Of a stretch of 64,000 nucleotides of DNA, positions 35,858-48,304 are shown in pieces. Under the pieces are notes generated by a model. That model ran no database searches, was not told the DNA's origin, and saw nothing but the letters and a program-made list of their open reading frames with translations. How positions within the stretch are numbered: position 1 is the stretch's first letter; each line of letters opens with the position of its first letter. Position numbers and translations under genes: made by a program. Source of the DNA: Massalongia carnosa (taxonomy: Eukaryota); assembly GCA_965645245.1 (NCBI GenBank), contig OZ287074.1:1240001-1304000 (forward strand), given 5' to 3'.

Positions 35858-36467
35858 CTAGTGTGCATTATGCTTGTGATGTCCTATACTTAAGTTAGTC
35901 ATTCGATTTTCAAGGAAGTATAGATTTGAATACTTACGAATATGGAAGTAGTAATGTTGAGCATACCCAAAGAGGGTCAGAGCAGCAATGAGGTGGAGAA
36001 TGGCTTGATTTAACAATTAGCTATGACCAAAAAACCCCATCAATGTTTCTTAACAATATGAAAGACATACGAGCTTTGCTGGCATTGTCTCCCCAAAAGT
36101 AGCGGTGGGCATATCTTTCCATTAGCCCTTTGGGCTGAAACTTGGGAGCAGGTCCCCGAGGAAGCTTTTCATAGAAGCTAACAACACGCTGCATTCGGGA
36201 AGCATCTTGCGCGGCGCCAATACCCTATAAGTGCGAGTCAGCCATGTAGACTTGAGCGTTCCGGCAGCACTTTGAGTAAAATAGAAGCCGGCGTTGCCAC
36301 CTCTGAACACTACTCTAGAGAATTGAAGCAGTGCTTTAGGAGAGCGTACAGATGGTGATGCTATCTACGACTTGAGTCAGTAACTTACGCCAGGCGTTGG
36401 AGATGTTCGGAGGATAAACCTTTGGTGGGATTAAAGTCGAAAGACCACGGCGACAAATAAAGCTCAT
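35858..36467 (-). CDS. ATP17: Mitochondrial ATP synthase subunit f, 5 exons (largely missed by the ORF track)
   Basis: MSFICRRGLSTLIPPK|IASPS|GIGAAQDASRMQRVVSFYEKLPRGPAP...|...YAQHYYFHI|RHHKHNAH*. Confidence 0.92.
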
Positions 36468-36713
36468 TTTAGAAGTATCCTTTGAAAATTTAGTACATTC
36501 AGTGAAGGTCTGATCAGAATAGGGCATGACAGACTCTTATAATCTCAAAGCTTTGGGATTGAAACCGACTGATATGGTTCGAAAGAGAAGGTTGGGAAGG
36601 AGCGCGGCTCTGCGGGAGGTAATCTACTTTCCCGATGCTTAGTCATCAAATGATATCGAGGTGCTTTCGTCGCAAACTAACTATCTACAGTTGCAACCTA
36701 TCGAAGGGCGATA

Positions 36714-37500
36714 ATGTCTCTTCTCCGCCCTTGCAAGGCGGGCAGAGTGATATTATGCCTCAAAACTACGCCACAACGACTAGCATCTCACCAAACCAGA
36801 TGGACCAGCAGTTCATCCCCCAATGGATCTGTTGAGCCCCCACCAAAGTCCAAATCCTCAGATTCGCCTTCCCCGAAGTCGGCAGACTCGTCCATGATAA
36901 GACAAGAAGGTCCTTCAGAGGGTATGGTACATCACCAGCCAGACTATCATGCTCTAGTGGATCACGGGACTTCGTGAGATTCTATATTCTAGCAAATGGC
37001 ATTCGCTAACCTGCCGTGCTAGATGCTTTTCGCCCATACCCAGGCGTGTAATGGATGGCAGCGAACCTGGCAATTTTATTCCCGCTGCTGTGATATCTGG
37101 TGCTCCAGTTGATCTACAAGCACGTACAGCCCGGTAGCATACAGGCCCTATCTCGAGATATACAATGACAGCTGACGCATGGCCATTTAGGATTTATCGG
37201 CCTGCTAAAACTGCTACACAATCTGGCGAGTGGCACGGACACCACTGGCGGATGGATTGGGACGTGCTATCAAAAGGGCATCGATGGGAAAATCCGCTCA
37301 TGGGCTGGCAGTCAACGGCCGACTTCCTGCAAGGAACCCATCTCAATTTCAAGTCAAAAGAGGATGCTATTCTTTTTGCCCAGAAACAGGGATACGAGTA
37401 TTTTGTGCAAGAGCCGAACGAAAGGAGGATAATAGCCAAGGCTTATGCTAATAACTTTATGCACAGTCCTAAAAAGCTTAGACACATACGGACAAAATGA
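36714..37500 (+). CDS. NDUFS4: NADH:ubiquinone oxidoreductase subunit NDUFS4 homolog, 3 exons
   Basis: Mitochondrial presequence; 'RIYRPAKTATQSG', 'RWENPLMGWQS', 'F..KEDAI.FA.KQGY'. Confidence 0.92.
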
Positions 37501-38053
37501 GCAGCTAGGTTTTTCATACATTGTTAGAACCCTGATATGTAACCTCCTTACGCATATCTATACTCTGAACCTTCGAAGGGAGTTGTTCGGTTCAAGGGAT
37601 TTTGTTTGAATTTATATGGCTTTCGGTTTGCTTGCGCTAAATAATTTAACATAAGCTAGAAAATGCCTCACCTCATCAGCACGTGACCGTGAAGATGTCA
37701 GCTAACTTAGCGATAAAAATCAAATACGCTAATGGGTAATGAGATAAGTGAGGTCAAGAGTTTCAACCATTATATTTTCTTCCAGAGGAGCAATCGAGAG
37801 GGATACTGATGTAGACGCTGCTTAAAAATAAATTGTTACTCCACAACCTAAATTTGTCCCTCGTGGCATCCCCAAGCGTGAACGTCATTGATAGTATGAT
37901 GTATGGGTGACTTTGTCCATACCACGCCAATTATTAGCAATTTAACAGCTCTCCATTTGGACTCAGACTTAAGGAGCATTCAAGCACCAGTGTTCGCGTT
38001 TGACAGAAGGCAAACCTCGACTACGCTAGCGATCTCTAGAAATTCTGTCTCAA

Positions 38054-39244
38054 ATGTCGCTCATCAGTGATATGCCTATCGCATATGGAGCGCCACAGAA
38101 AAATGTCATAAACTCACTTCGAGAAACTGGTCCTCCAAGACCTATTCACTCAATCTCATCCATCAACGATGCTTTTAGCGAAGATCCGCTTTTTGAAGGC
38201 ATACCAGATGCCTTTTTTGAAGAAATCGCCCCTATAATTGACGATCCAATGTTCGAAGACATTCCGGATGCGTTCTTTGATGATGTTGTTGCTGAGCCAA
38301 TGGTACCGCTTGCTTCTCATACTGCTTCGAGCGAGGAAGATGTGGTTGGAAATTTTTCAGATGACTTTTTCGAGGCAATTCCCAATATTCACATCTTTCC
38401 TCTCGGATTCCCTTTTCTCAAGCTTCCTCCTGAGATCCGAAATAAGATCTACGATCTATTGGTTGTTAACTCCGCCTATATTGGTTCGACCGCAATGACA
38501 ATCAGAGAATTCTATGAAGATGTGGCCAAGTGGCACAATACAGCACTCTCAATGACTTGCCGGCAGATTTACGATGAGTCGGCAAACATATTCTTTGTCA
38601 AAAATGGCTTCGAGTTCTATTGCATCCGCTCTTTTGTGGAATTTATGCAAGGCATTGGCATCACGCGTCGTAGACTCCTCAAGAAGTTAAAATTCAACTA
38701 TCGGTGTGGGTCTCCATTCATGGCGCTGAGGTATATACGATCTTGCACAAGCCTTCAGGAGCTGGACATATCTATTCAAATTATTAAGCCAGACACAGAA
38801 GAATTCCAATGGCCAGATAGCGATAGCGAGCAATCCGGTTGGCTATATAGGAACCAGTCCTGGTGGCTATATCCAGTAAAAGATCCTATGAAATTTTTCT
38901 TCGTAAACCACAGCGAGCTCAGCTTGGGTGAAGGTCGAGGGTTTGGCAAGGCGAGTGACGCTGAAGCTTCTAAGGGGCTTGTTGCTGCTCTAGGCGCCCA
39001 GTCTGTCTTGTTTGAAGCCTTGCAAAAAGTCAAACATGAGGCTATTCATGGACCTTTCAGGTATTTTCTCACTTCCTCCATAACTAATTATATGAAATGT
39101 GCTAATAAACTTGCTAATAGAGGCTTGCCTAGTATTTTTGCAATGCCCATACCAGTGCCTGCCAAAAAAGTATGGCCAAGAAAAAGGAACTGGTCAATAT
39201 GGCAAAAGAATATGTACTATTGGCAAGACTGGGTTATTGAGTGA
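38054..39244 (+). CDS. Hypothetical protein with acidic repeats and an F-box-like 'FPFLKLPPEIRNKIY' motif
   Basis: 396-codon ORF; 'LPPEIRNKIY' and 'TCRQIYDESANIFF..N.FEF' motifs; possible in-frame intron 39061-39120. Confidence 0.7.
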   Translation: MSLISDMPIAYGAPQKNVINSLRETGPPRPIHSISSINDAFSEDPLFEGIPDAFFEEIAPIIDDPMFEDIPDAFFDDVVAEPMVPLASHTASSEEDVVGNFSDDFFEAIPNIHIFPLGFPFLKLPPEIRNKIYDLLVVNSAYIGSTAMTIREFYEDVAKWHNTALSMTCRQIYDESANIFFVKNGFEFYCIRSFVEFMQGIGITRRRLLKKLKFNYRCGSPFMALRYIRSCTSLQELDISIQIIKPDTEEFQWPDSDSEQSGWLYRNQSWWLYPVKDPMKFFFVNHSELSLGEGRGFGKASDAEASKGLVAALGAQSVLFEALQKVKHEAIHGPFRYFLTSSITNYMKCANKLANRGLPSIFAMPIPVPAKKVWPRKRNWSIWQKNMYYWQDWVIE

Positions 39245-39471
39245 CGATTGGGAGGACGTTAAATATAGTAAAATATCTCCTTTATTCCATAGAGCAGTCT
39301 TCATTCGCCTTTTCCCACTGCTGTCGGGAAATTTTATCCGTCCTAAGGTCCATCCCAATGACAGTTAACTGAGCTTTTCTGTCTTCAAATATCATATATA
39401 CTGCTCTTCTCACAGTGTATACCAAGCAGATCTTCGGGACTTGGCGATATAATATCAGTTACGTCTTTGGT

Positions 39472-41073
39472 TCAGCAACCAAAATACCTTTTTTCAATCC
39501 ACCTCTCTTGGAAATCCTCTACGATTTTACATACAACAACCTTCACCTTTGGAAATACTTTCAAAAGTCGATTCACACCCATTTTTCCTGCGAAATAAGT
39601 CACAAAAACGATTCTCTGTTCCGGCACACCGTGGTCCACCAAGACCTTCACGGCCATAAGCGCGGCGCCCCCGCTCGACATCTGTGGATCGAGCAATAGG
39701 ACACTATCATGGGAAGAAATATCCGCCGGAAGGTGTTGATAGTGAAGCTCGGGTTCTCCGGTCCGATAGTTGGTTTGAATAAGAACCCGTCCAGTTCTGC
39801 AATCCGGAATCACCCGCTTGAGGCCGCTTTCAAGACAGCTTCCTGCTCGAAGGATCACCACGGCGCTCACCTCACCCGAGGGCTCAAGTCCGTTGTATGT
39901 GTATCCTTGGAGCGTTCGGACCATGGCTGGTCTGAAATGGATGTTTTCCATTGCTCTGGCACCTTGTAAGCACAGCTCAGTTTCTTCACACTTTACTGGT
40001 ATTTACCTCTCGACCAGGAGGGTAGATAATCTATCGAAGTAAAACCTGAAGTCCACTTCGTTAGTCATGGGATTCTGAATGATGGTGCTCATTGCAAGAA
40101 GCTGGCGGGTCTCTTCAAGGAGTAAGACGTTCGAGGACAAGGGTTCGTCCTCAACTTGCTTTCCGAGTTTTTGTAAATCACCCTGATGCTTTTTGGATTT
40201 CCCGTGTAACATTTGCTGAACGTGCTTTACTACTATATCTATTGCGACGCGATTCTCGATTCCTCGTGGTATAATGATGTCTATAAGGTTAGCATCAACT
40301 TCGATTCCTTGTCTCTAGGAAGAACAACCTGCTTTGATGCGCTGTGGTTCCACGTATCGTTGGAAATTTGGCTTCACAAATGCGATCCACTGCTTGATAC
40401 AACCTTCTATATCCCGCGCTCTTTCTTTGACATCACGGGTGACTTGCTTTTTTTTAGCATCAGCAAATTAACCTTGTGGAGAGAAAATAGGATTGAGACT
40501 CACTTCTGCGTGCAAGGCATAGATCTGCATCAGCTTCTGCGAATATTTTCAGGTCCAACATCTGCAAAATTCTAGGGTCATATAATGCAAAGATTCCTTC
40601 CAAGATGAGAACATGTGGTGAATAGATTGGGATAGTAGTTTCAAGTCTCTGATGATCTTGAAATGAATAAATTGGGATATCTGCACGTCGGCTTTTACAA
40701 TTACGCACATTAGCCCCTTATACATTCCACAAACACGGGAGAATGTACCCCTGTTTAAGATCCCTCAGGCATTGAACTAGAAGATCGAAATCAATGGCTT
40801 CTGGAGAGTCAAGATCATATTCATTTCTATGTGCAAGTTTGTGTTGCTCGGGCGTTAAAATTTTATAGAATGAGTCCTGTCTATGTGAGTAAAGCCTTTG
40901 AAAGCGGAAAAATATGCCTTGTTGAGGATTACCATGGACAAGATAACAACCCATGGTAAGTTTAGCGAGGAGATGATCTCGACGGCCAAAGAAGTCTTGC
41001 CGGAGCCAGAGCCTCCAGCTATGCCGATTATGCTTGTGTCGGCCCAAGGGGGAGAATAATGGGCCTGCTCCAT
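39472..41073 (-). CDS. URK1: Uridine kinase with C-terminal UPRTase-like domain, multi-exon
   Basis: 'IIGIAGGSGSGKTS' P-loop, 'DSFYK', 'ILEGIFALYD', 'VVILRAG', 'LLLDPQMSSGGAA'. Confidence 0.92.
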
Positions 41074-41424
41074 CCGGAGCCCGGGAGTCAATAGAAGACC
41101 CTGGGAAGCTAGAGCTCTTAGAACAAGTTGATGGAATATTCAGACATTCTCTTTTGTCTTCGACGATTGGTTCTTTCCATGTTGCTTGTGGCAATTACTC
41201 GGGCAAAGAAGTTTCGGGACGGGGAAATGCCAAGCCCCGCTACTGCGGCTTAGCCCTGCTTACTGTAGCTAGCTCCCTGCATAGGCCACCAAGGCATACT
41301 TCATCTTTTCTAGAATTCCTTTCACGCTACCATTTCTCCTCTTTACGCTCTTTCACACCATGCGTTGAGGGCTTTTGTTCATACGCAAAATCTCTAATGT
41401 AGAGCATATAGTTTAATCCATAAA

Positions 41425-42702
41425 ATGGTATGTTATGTTAGTTTAGCAGGAGTCTTCTGTCGCCGAACCTAATAAGATATATTCAGACATCTTCCACAGC
41501 CTCCACTGCAACTCCAACGCGGCACCAATTCGAGCGCCGCGTTAAGGACGTCAAGATCTCTAAAACGTGAGTCCAATGCTGGCGACAAACCTGATATATC
41601 ATTTGCAACTTGTCACTCTATATATGATGCATCTAAAATCAAGTTGGGAATCTCTCCGAATTCATCCTGTGGAGCAAAAATAAACTTGTCTATCTGATAT
41701 CGATTTCTTGAGCGCAACCAAAATCGTGCTTCGCTCTGTACTAGTACAGCTGAATGCAGAATAAGTGCTGACAACCCATTCCCTTTAATAGCGACCTCAA
41801 CTCTGTCATCATGGACTACCTTATCAGTGAAGGTTATCCTTCAGCTGCACAGAAGTTTGCGCTAGAAGCAAATATTCAGCCCAAAGTTGACGTTGAGTCG
41901 ATACGGGAGAGGGTAGAAATCCGCAATGCCATCTATCGAGGAGACATACAAAATGCAATCGAGAAGATCAACGAGCTGAACCCGCAAGTAAGCCCCTGAT
42001 CTCTTTATTACAAATTATACCTTCAAGACCACAAACCCAAAGTCTTTAATTGCTATGATTAAATATTGTTCATGCACCACTCATATACCCGTTAGGGTGT
42101 TGATGAAAAAAAACTCAAAACTACTTCAGTCTTCAGTCTGAGCAATACTACAAACCCTTTATGATATTCGTTTCACTCCGAGCGTAGGCTCTAGCTAATA
42201 AGAAAAAATAAAGGTTCTTGATCAAGACTCGGCGCTACATTTCGCTTTACTCCGGTTACAGCTTGTTGAGCTTATTCGAACCTGCACATCCACTCCTAAT
42301 GGCGATATCACCCCAGCATTAACATTCGCAACGACGCATTTAGCTCCACGAGCACCCACAAATCCAGAGTTTCTAGAAGACCTTGAGCGCACCATGGCTC
42401 TGTTAATATTCCCACCAGACAACCTAGCGCCTCCGCTGGCAGCCTTGCTTGACCCTAATCTCCGTAAAGTTGTGGCGAAGCGAGTCAACGAGGCTCTTTT
42501 GCTAAGTCAAGGGGAGCGCACAAAAGCGAAACTCTTCGATCTCGTCCGCTTACGTGCATGGGCTGAGCAAAAGGCTCGGGAATCCAAGAAAGACCTACCA
42601 GATCGGATTGACCTTGATTTAGACCCGGCGAAGGATAACCATGATAAGACCCAAGAGAGCGCGATGCATAATAATGGAGAAGGGGAGGCCATGGTAACAT
42701 AG
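41425..42702 (+). CDS. GID8: GID/CTLH complex subunit Gid8 (LisH-CTLH-CRA), 4 exons; first coding exon is the ATG only
   Basis: ATG|intron|TSSTASTATPTRHQFERRV; 'MDYLISEGYPSAAQKFALEA' (LisH); 'LERTMALLIF' (CRA). Confidence 0.88.
41620..41701 (+). ncRNA. Intronic box C/D snoRNA (U79/SNORD79-like, LSU rRNA guide)
   Basis: C box ATGATGC 41624; guide TGGGAATCTC 41645-41654 complementary to LSU GAGAUUCCCA; D' CCGA 41656; D CTGA 41694. Confidence 0.7.
42050..42145 (+). ncRNA. Intronic box C/D snoRNA (snR40/U32-like, SSU rRNA guide)
   Basis: Terminal stem TTGC/GCAA; C box ATGATTA 42055; guide CATGCACCAC 42071-42080 complementary to 18S GUGGUGCAUG; C' TGATGA 42101; D CTGA 42138. Confidence 0.78.
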
Positions 42703-43214
42703 GCTCAAAAAGTTCTCGTGCTTTGGTCCGGTAAGGCGTTTGGAAGCATAAGCGCATACTAGACATTTCACGAAGCTATGATTAACTGTGGTATATGTAT
42801 GGCCTGGATGAAGAGGGATGTGGAAATGGCGCCTCCTATGATTGCTTCTCAACGGTGTATGATTGTTAGCAGGGTTCACGACTTCTTTTCAGTAAAAAAA
42901 TACTGAACAACAATACAAACACCCCACCTAATCGTAGATGTATCTGGTCAATCGCTGTAAATGAAGGTGATGCAAGATGAAACTCAATCTAGTATCAAGG
43001 TACCTATGTAACCGCCCTACCTTCTTGCAAATAGGTACTGGTCTCAGCCTTACGAGATAACCGTCCTTATCGATAAGAAGTGAAAATGTTCTCGCACAAT
43101 ACCTAGTTGTTTTTGTTTCGCTGGACAACATTGCAACCAATCGTACGGCCCGTAATGAACAATCTCTTGCTAAAGATTTTCTAAATGTTCTGATAAAATT
43201 GGTAATAACTCACG

Positions 43215-45519
43215 ATGCCAAAGCCCCTGAGACAAAAAGTGCCCAAGGGCTCTGGGACCTTAGGAACTATGTCTAATGACCAAATCAGTAAATGCAGCAC
43301 TACTCAGTCACTAAAAAATGCTAACATTGATTTCAGCTGATCCTCGATTTACCAATATCCAAACAGACCCCCGGTTTCAATTACCTTCGAAAAAAACCAC
43401 TCATGTTGAGATTGACAAGCGCTTCGCGCGTATGCTGCGCGATGAGGAGTTTTCTAGTAGAGCTAGAGTGGACAGGTATGGGAGGAAGTTGCCGAAAGAT
43501 GCTGGGAAAAAGGAACTCGAGAGGTATTATAGACTTGAGGACGAAGGCCATATGGAGGAGGTAGAGTTAGAATTAGAGCGGGCAAATGCTAGAGATGCGG
43601 AGATATCAGATACGTTATCCGAAAGCTCATCAGACGAAGATGATTCAGAGGAGGTAGAGGACGACGAGGTGTTTGGGTTTCCAGACGACCAAGGGGTAGA
43701 TGGGGAAGAGGTACCAAGGGGTGAACCCTCGTCGCGACTGGCAGTGGTGAATCTCGACTGGGATAATATAAAGTCGTCGGATTTGATGGCTGTATTCTCA
43801 AGTTTCACGCCTGGAGACGGGCGAGTTTTAAAGATTTCTGTATACCCGAGCGAATTTGGCAAAGAGAGAATGGAAAGGGAGGAGACGGAAGGCCCGCCTA
43901 GAGAAATATTTGCACAAAGGAAGCCCGGAACCGAGATTAATCACATCAATGCAGAATCTAGGACTGATGAAGAGAGCTCGGATGACGCGGAAGGCGATGA
44001 GGAAATCAAGAAATCCATCATCAAGGAAGATGACGGTAGAGAATTTAATTCTGCAAAACTGCGTCGCTACCAGCTTGAGCGATTGCGGTATTATTACGCT
44101 GTTCTTACTTGCTCCTCCACATTCGTTGCCCAAGCTATCTACGACGCTGTTGATGGAACAGAATATCTCACTTCAGCTAACTTCTTCGATCTACGGTTCA
44201 TCCCGGACGAGGTAGAGTTCTCTAACGAAAAACCTCGAGATGAGTGCGAGAGGATACCTGACAGCTACAGACCCAATGAGTTTGTAACTGATGCGCTTCA
44301 GCACAGCAAAGTCAGGCTGACGTGGGACGCGGATGATGGATCGAGAAAAGAGGCGCAGAAACGAGCGTTTGCAGGCAGTAGGGCGGACATCAATGAAAAT
44401 GATCTCAAAGCATATTTGGGGAGTGAGAGTTCTGGAGACGATGAGCTAGAACCTTTTGTCGTTGATGCTACCACCGAGATCAAAAATGGGAAAGCAGACG
44501 AAGACGTAGAGGAGCCGAACCCGCCACAACTCTCGAAGAAAGAAATGGAACGCCAACGTATGCGCGCGTTGCTAGGTCTTGAAAAAGAAGCCAGCGCAAA
44601 CAAACGCTCGAAGTCGGCCGCGAGCGCACCTGTGGGCGACATGCAAGTAACGTTCTCGTCTGGCCTCTCATCAGAGCCAGCCCGCACCTCCGTGTTCGAG
44701 AACGAGCCGCCACGCGATGAAACCACGGTGGAGAAATATGTGCGCCGGGAAAAGGAACGTAAGAGCCGACGAAAAGAGAAACTGAAGAACATGCGTAACA
44801 ATACCAACACACCGGGCGACCAAGCTCCTGCCACGACTGCAAATCCAACCGCCAACTCCACAACCGAAGATCTCGGCTTCTCAGACCCTTTCTTCACTAG
44901 CCTCATCTCCTCCAAACGCCCTCCCAAAGCCGCCCGCTCCAAAACACACTCCAATCCCGACGACGATCTCATAGTAAAAGCAACCACCGCCCCCTCCGCC
45001 GCCGAGCTCTCCCTCCTCATGCTCCCCAAGAACCCCCCTACCGCTGACGCCACCATCCAACACTTCAACATGCAAGAAATCGCCCTTGCCGAACGCGCCC
45101 TGGCGAAACGTGCCAAGACGCGCCACCGCGCACGCCTCAGCAAGCGGGAGCAGGCCGCGCTGGTCACGCACCAGAACGAGGGTGGGAAAGATACGTTCGA
45201 AGTCGATGTTGGCGATCCCAGGTTCGGCGCTGTGTTTGAGAAGAGCGAGTTCGCGATCGATCCAACACATCCGCGTTTTAGCGGGACGGGGGGGATGAGG
45301 AAGCTGCTGGAGGAGGCGAGGAGGAAGCGAGGGAAGGTGGACGGGGAGCAGGATTGGGAATGGGGTGAGCAAAAAGGAAGAGTTAGAGAGGGGAAGAGAA
45401 TGGACGATAGAGGGGGGAAGAGGAGAGTGGAGAGGGATGGAGGAGAGGAGGGGTTAGAGGGGCTAACTGCTCGTGTGCAAAAAAAGACGAAACTGGTAGA
45501 ACAATGCACGGAAGGTTGA
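43215..45519 (+). CDS. ESF1: Pre-rRNA-processing protein Esf1, 2 exons
   Basis: 'DPRFTNIQTDPRF', 'RLAVVNLDWDNI', 'IYPSEFGKERM'-like motif, 'LRRYQLERLRYYYAV', NUC153-like 'DPRF...FAIDPTHPRF'. Confidence 0.93.
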
Positions 45520-46225
45520 GTCACGTAGAGGAGTTTTTGAGGCTTGAACTCATCTTTACGCTCCCACCGCAAACATCCCACCGCAAACATGGCCCTTGTT
45601 GCTCTTTCCATGAGGGATCGTATGGGACCCGCCAACAGAAGATTTTTCTGTTAATTTAAGTGTGGATGTATAAGATTTGCTGCGAAGAATCTTTTTGGTA
45701 GAAAAAGTAGAACAGAGGAAGTCCTGCAACTAGACGCTTATTAGTTGTATTTTTGTAGCTCTCGTTAAAAACATCGCGGAAGTAGAAAAAACCATAAGCA
45801 AACACAATACACACCCATACTTGCACATTAAGCCCTCCGCCCTCTCTCTATCCAAAGCTGATCAAAGATCCTTGACAATGCCATGAGTTCCAAAAAATGA
45901 GCAAGTAATCGTCACGTCACGCATAAATGCAAACATCACAAACAGAGCAATTAGCTGAAAATTTTTTGTGTGTGATAGAGATAAAAGTAGCACCAATGAT
46001 TTCTCCTTTATGCTCTCTGCTGTTCCACTTTTTCGTAACTGAATCCTGTGCTTGTCCTATGAATCTTACCACCCCTATTCGCGAAAAGGGGGGGGTTTTT
46101 CTTGGTATTTTCAAATATTTGGTTTTCTTGGAAGAGGAGATCTGGGCGATAATGGGAGGGGGTAATTTTTGCGCTTAAATTAGTGCGTTAGATTGTTGAG
46201 CAGCGGCGTTTATTAGTAGCGAGGT

Positions 46226-46949
46226 TTAGTAGCGATATCTAGTGGAGTAATCTGTGTGGTGTGTTAGAGCGCCTAATATCTTCCTACCCTCTATCTACAC
46301 ATACAACACGGAAATAGTCCCCATTACAGTCTCTGATAGCCTTAAAATAGGAGAAAAAAGCGAACATGGCGACATACCCTTAGGACTAACGACCAGCCCC
46401 CTCCCCTTCTTCGCCCCCCGATAGATCGTCTCGATGATATCGATCAGCTCCTGTTTATCCTCCAGTACCCAGTTCAGCTTGTTGTTGTTGCCCGTGCCGA
46501 AATCACACATCATGTGCTTGTTGCGGAAGAAGAACATCAGTGTCACCGGGTCGTAGAGCTCGTACATCTGCTTGAAGTCCGGTACTTGATCTAGGTCGCA
46601 TACATATAGTACCGCGAAGTTTTTCACGCGGTCGGCGATACCTATGGTTTCCCCGGGGAAGGGGCACGCAGTTAGCTTGGGTTGGGTTAGTTAGTGTGCT
46701 AAGAAAAATTAGAGGGGGAGAGCGGAGGAGAAGGAGGAATAAAATGGGGAAAGACAAACGATAGAGGACTTCGTCTTGACGCATGCAGTCTGGGTCCCAG
46801 TCTCGGCCGAAACGGATCACAACTAGACGGTCTTCTTCAGACATCTAGTTTTTTGTTAGCACAGAGCGCTTCTTGGGGGCAGAAGAGCTTACGATGGCCT
46901 GGTCGACATGCCAGCCTGTGACAAGATGAGGGAGAACGACTGATCCCAT
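46226..46949 (-). CDS. DIB1: U5 snRNP protein Dib1/Dim1 (TXNL4A), 4 exons
   Basis: MGSVVLPHLVTGWHVDQAI|MSEEDRLVVIRFGRDWD...|...GRGLVVSPK|DYSTRYRY*. Confidence 0.95.
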
Positions 46950-47153
46950 AGTTTCTGATGCTTTGAGTGAGAGATACGGGAAGGGTGAATGCTGTGATGG
47001 AGATAATGTTCATTACCAGACCAGTTCGGTCACGTGCATTTGACGCGGGGTCTATATTTCGCCCCGCAGATAAATTCTCAATTCTAACTCACGACGAATC
47101 GTTTTTCGGACCTTGATATTCCCTACAAACTTGTTATTCCCACCTCCCTGACA

Positions 47154-48255
47154 ATGGCGCCTTCAGCCATAGAAACTAACCCTTCTTTTCCTTCGGTGGA
47201 GGATAACTCGATAATCATTCCCCTCCGTAAAGCCCTGATCTCAGAATCCGTCCCCCTAGCCCGCCGTTTCCGCGCTCTCTTCTCCCTAAAACACCACGCC
47301 TGCCAAAACCCCCCGACTGTACTCACCCTTCCCGCCATCGAAGCTATCGCGGCAGCTTTCCCTTCACCATCTGTCCTCCTAAAACACGAACTCGCGTATT
47401 GTCTAGGCCAGACGCGCAATACCGCTGCTGTGCCGTTTCTACGGCAGGTGCTGGAGGATCGTGGGGAAGACTCAATGTGTAGGCACGAGGCGGCAGAAGC
47501 GCTAGGGGCATTGGGGGATTGGGAGAGTCTGGGGTTATTGAAAGGGATGCGGGATGATGCAGGGGAGGTAGGGGTTGTGAGAGAAACATGCGAGATTGCA
47601 GTGGAGAGAATTGAATGGGAACATTCCGGGGCCATGAAGAGGGAGAGACTGAAAGATAGGTATTTGAATAGAATTCATGCTACCTGGATCGATGGTGGGC
47701 CGCTAATGTATATTTGCCAGTGATTTCGCCTCTATTGATCCTGCGCCACCGCTTTCGCAAGTCGTTTTTGCATACTCGGTTTTCGAGCTCCAGGGCAAGC
47801 TGCTCGATACTAGCGTCCCGCTCTTCGAGAGATATCGGGCCATGTTTGCCTTACGAGACCTCGCGTCGCCGCCTGATCTGCCCACTGCCGTTCCTGCGGT
47901 TAAGGCTTTAGCTTTGGGTTTTGCGGATCCTTCAGCTCTTTTTCGACACGAGATCGCGTTTGTGTTTGGTCAATTGTCACATCCAGCTTCGATACCCAGC
48001 CTAGTGGCAACTTTAAGAAACACGGCGGAGGAGAGCATGGTCCGGCACGAAGCTGCAGAGGCGCTCGGGAGTTTGGGAGACGAAGAAGGGGTGGAGGGCG
48101 TGCTAAAAGGTTTCTTGTACGACCCGGAACAGGTTGTCAGGGACAGCATAATCGTGGCTTTGGATATGGCTGATTTCGAGAAGAACGGCGAGAAGGAGTA
48201 TGCAATCATAGATGGCGCACAGGAATTTTCACCATTTATCAAGGTCAAATCATGA
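47154..48255 (+). CDS. LIA1: Deoxyhypusine hydroxylase, 2 exons
   Basis: Four HE motifs: 'KHELAYCLGQ', 'RHEAAEALG', 'RHEIAFVFGQ', 'RHEAAEALG'. Confidence 0.95.
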
Positions 48256-48304
48256 TCAGGGACTAAGCTTTTCAAAGCCGAGATGAGCAGATGGCGGGGC
48301 GACA

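Noticed and set aside
44298..45635. 445-aa antisense ORF over ESF1
   Set aside because: Shadow ORF from GC-rich codon usage on the opposite strand; no recognisable motifs
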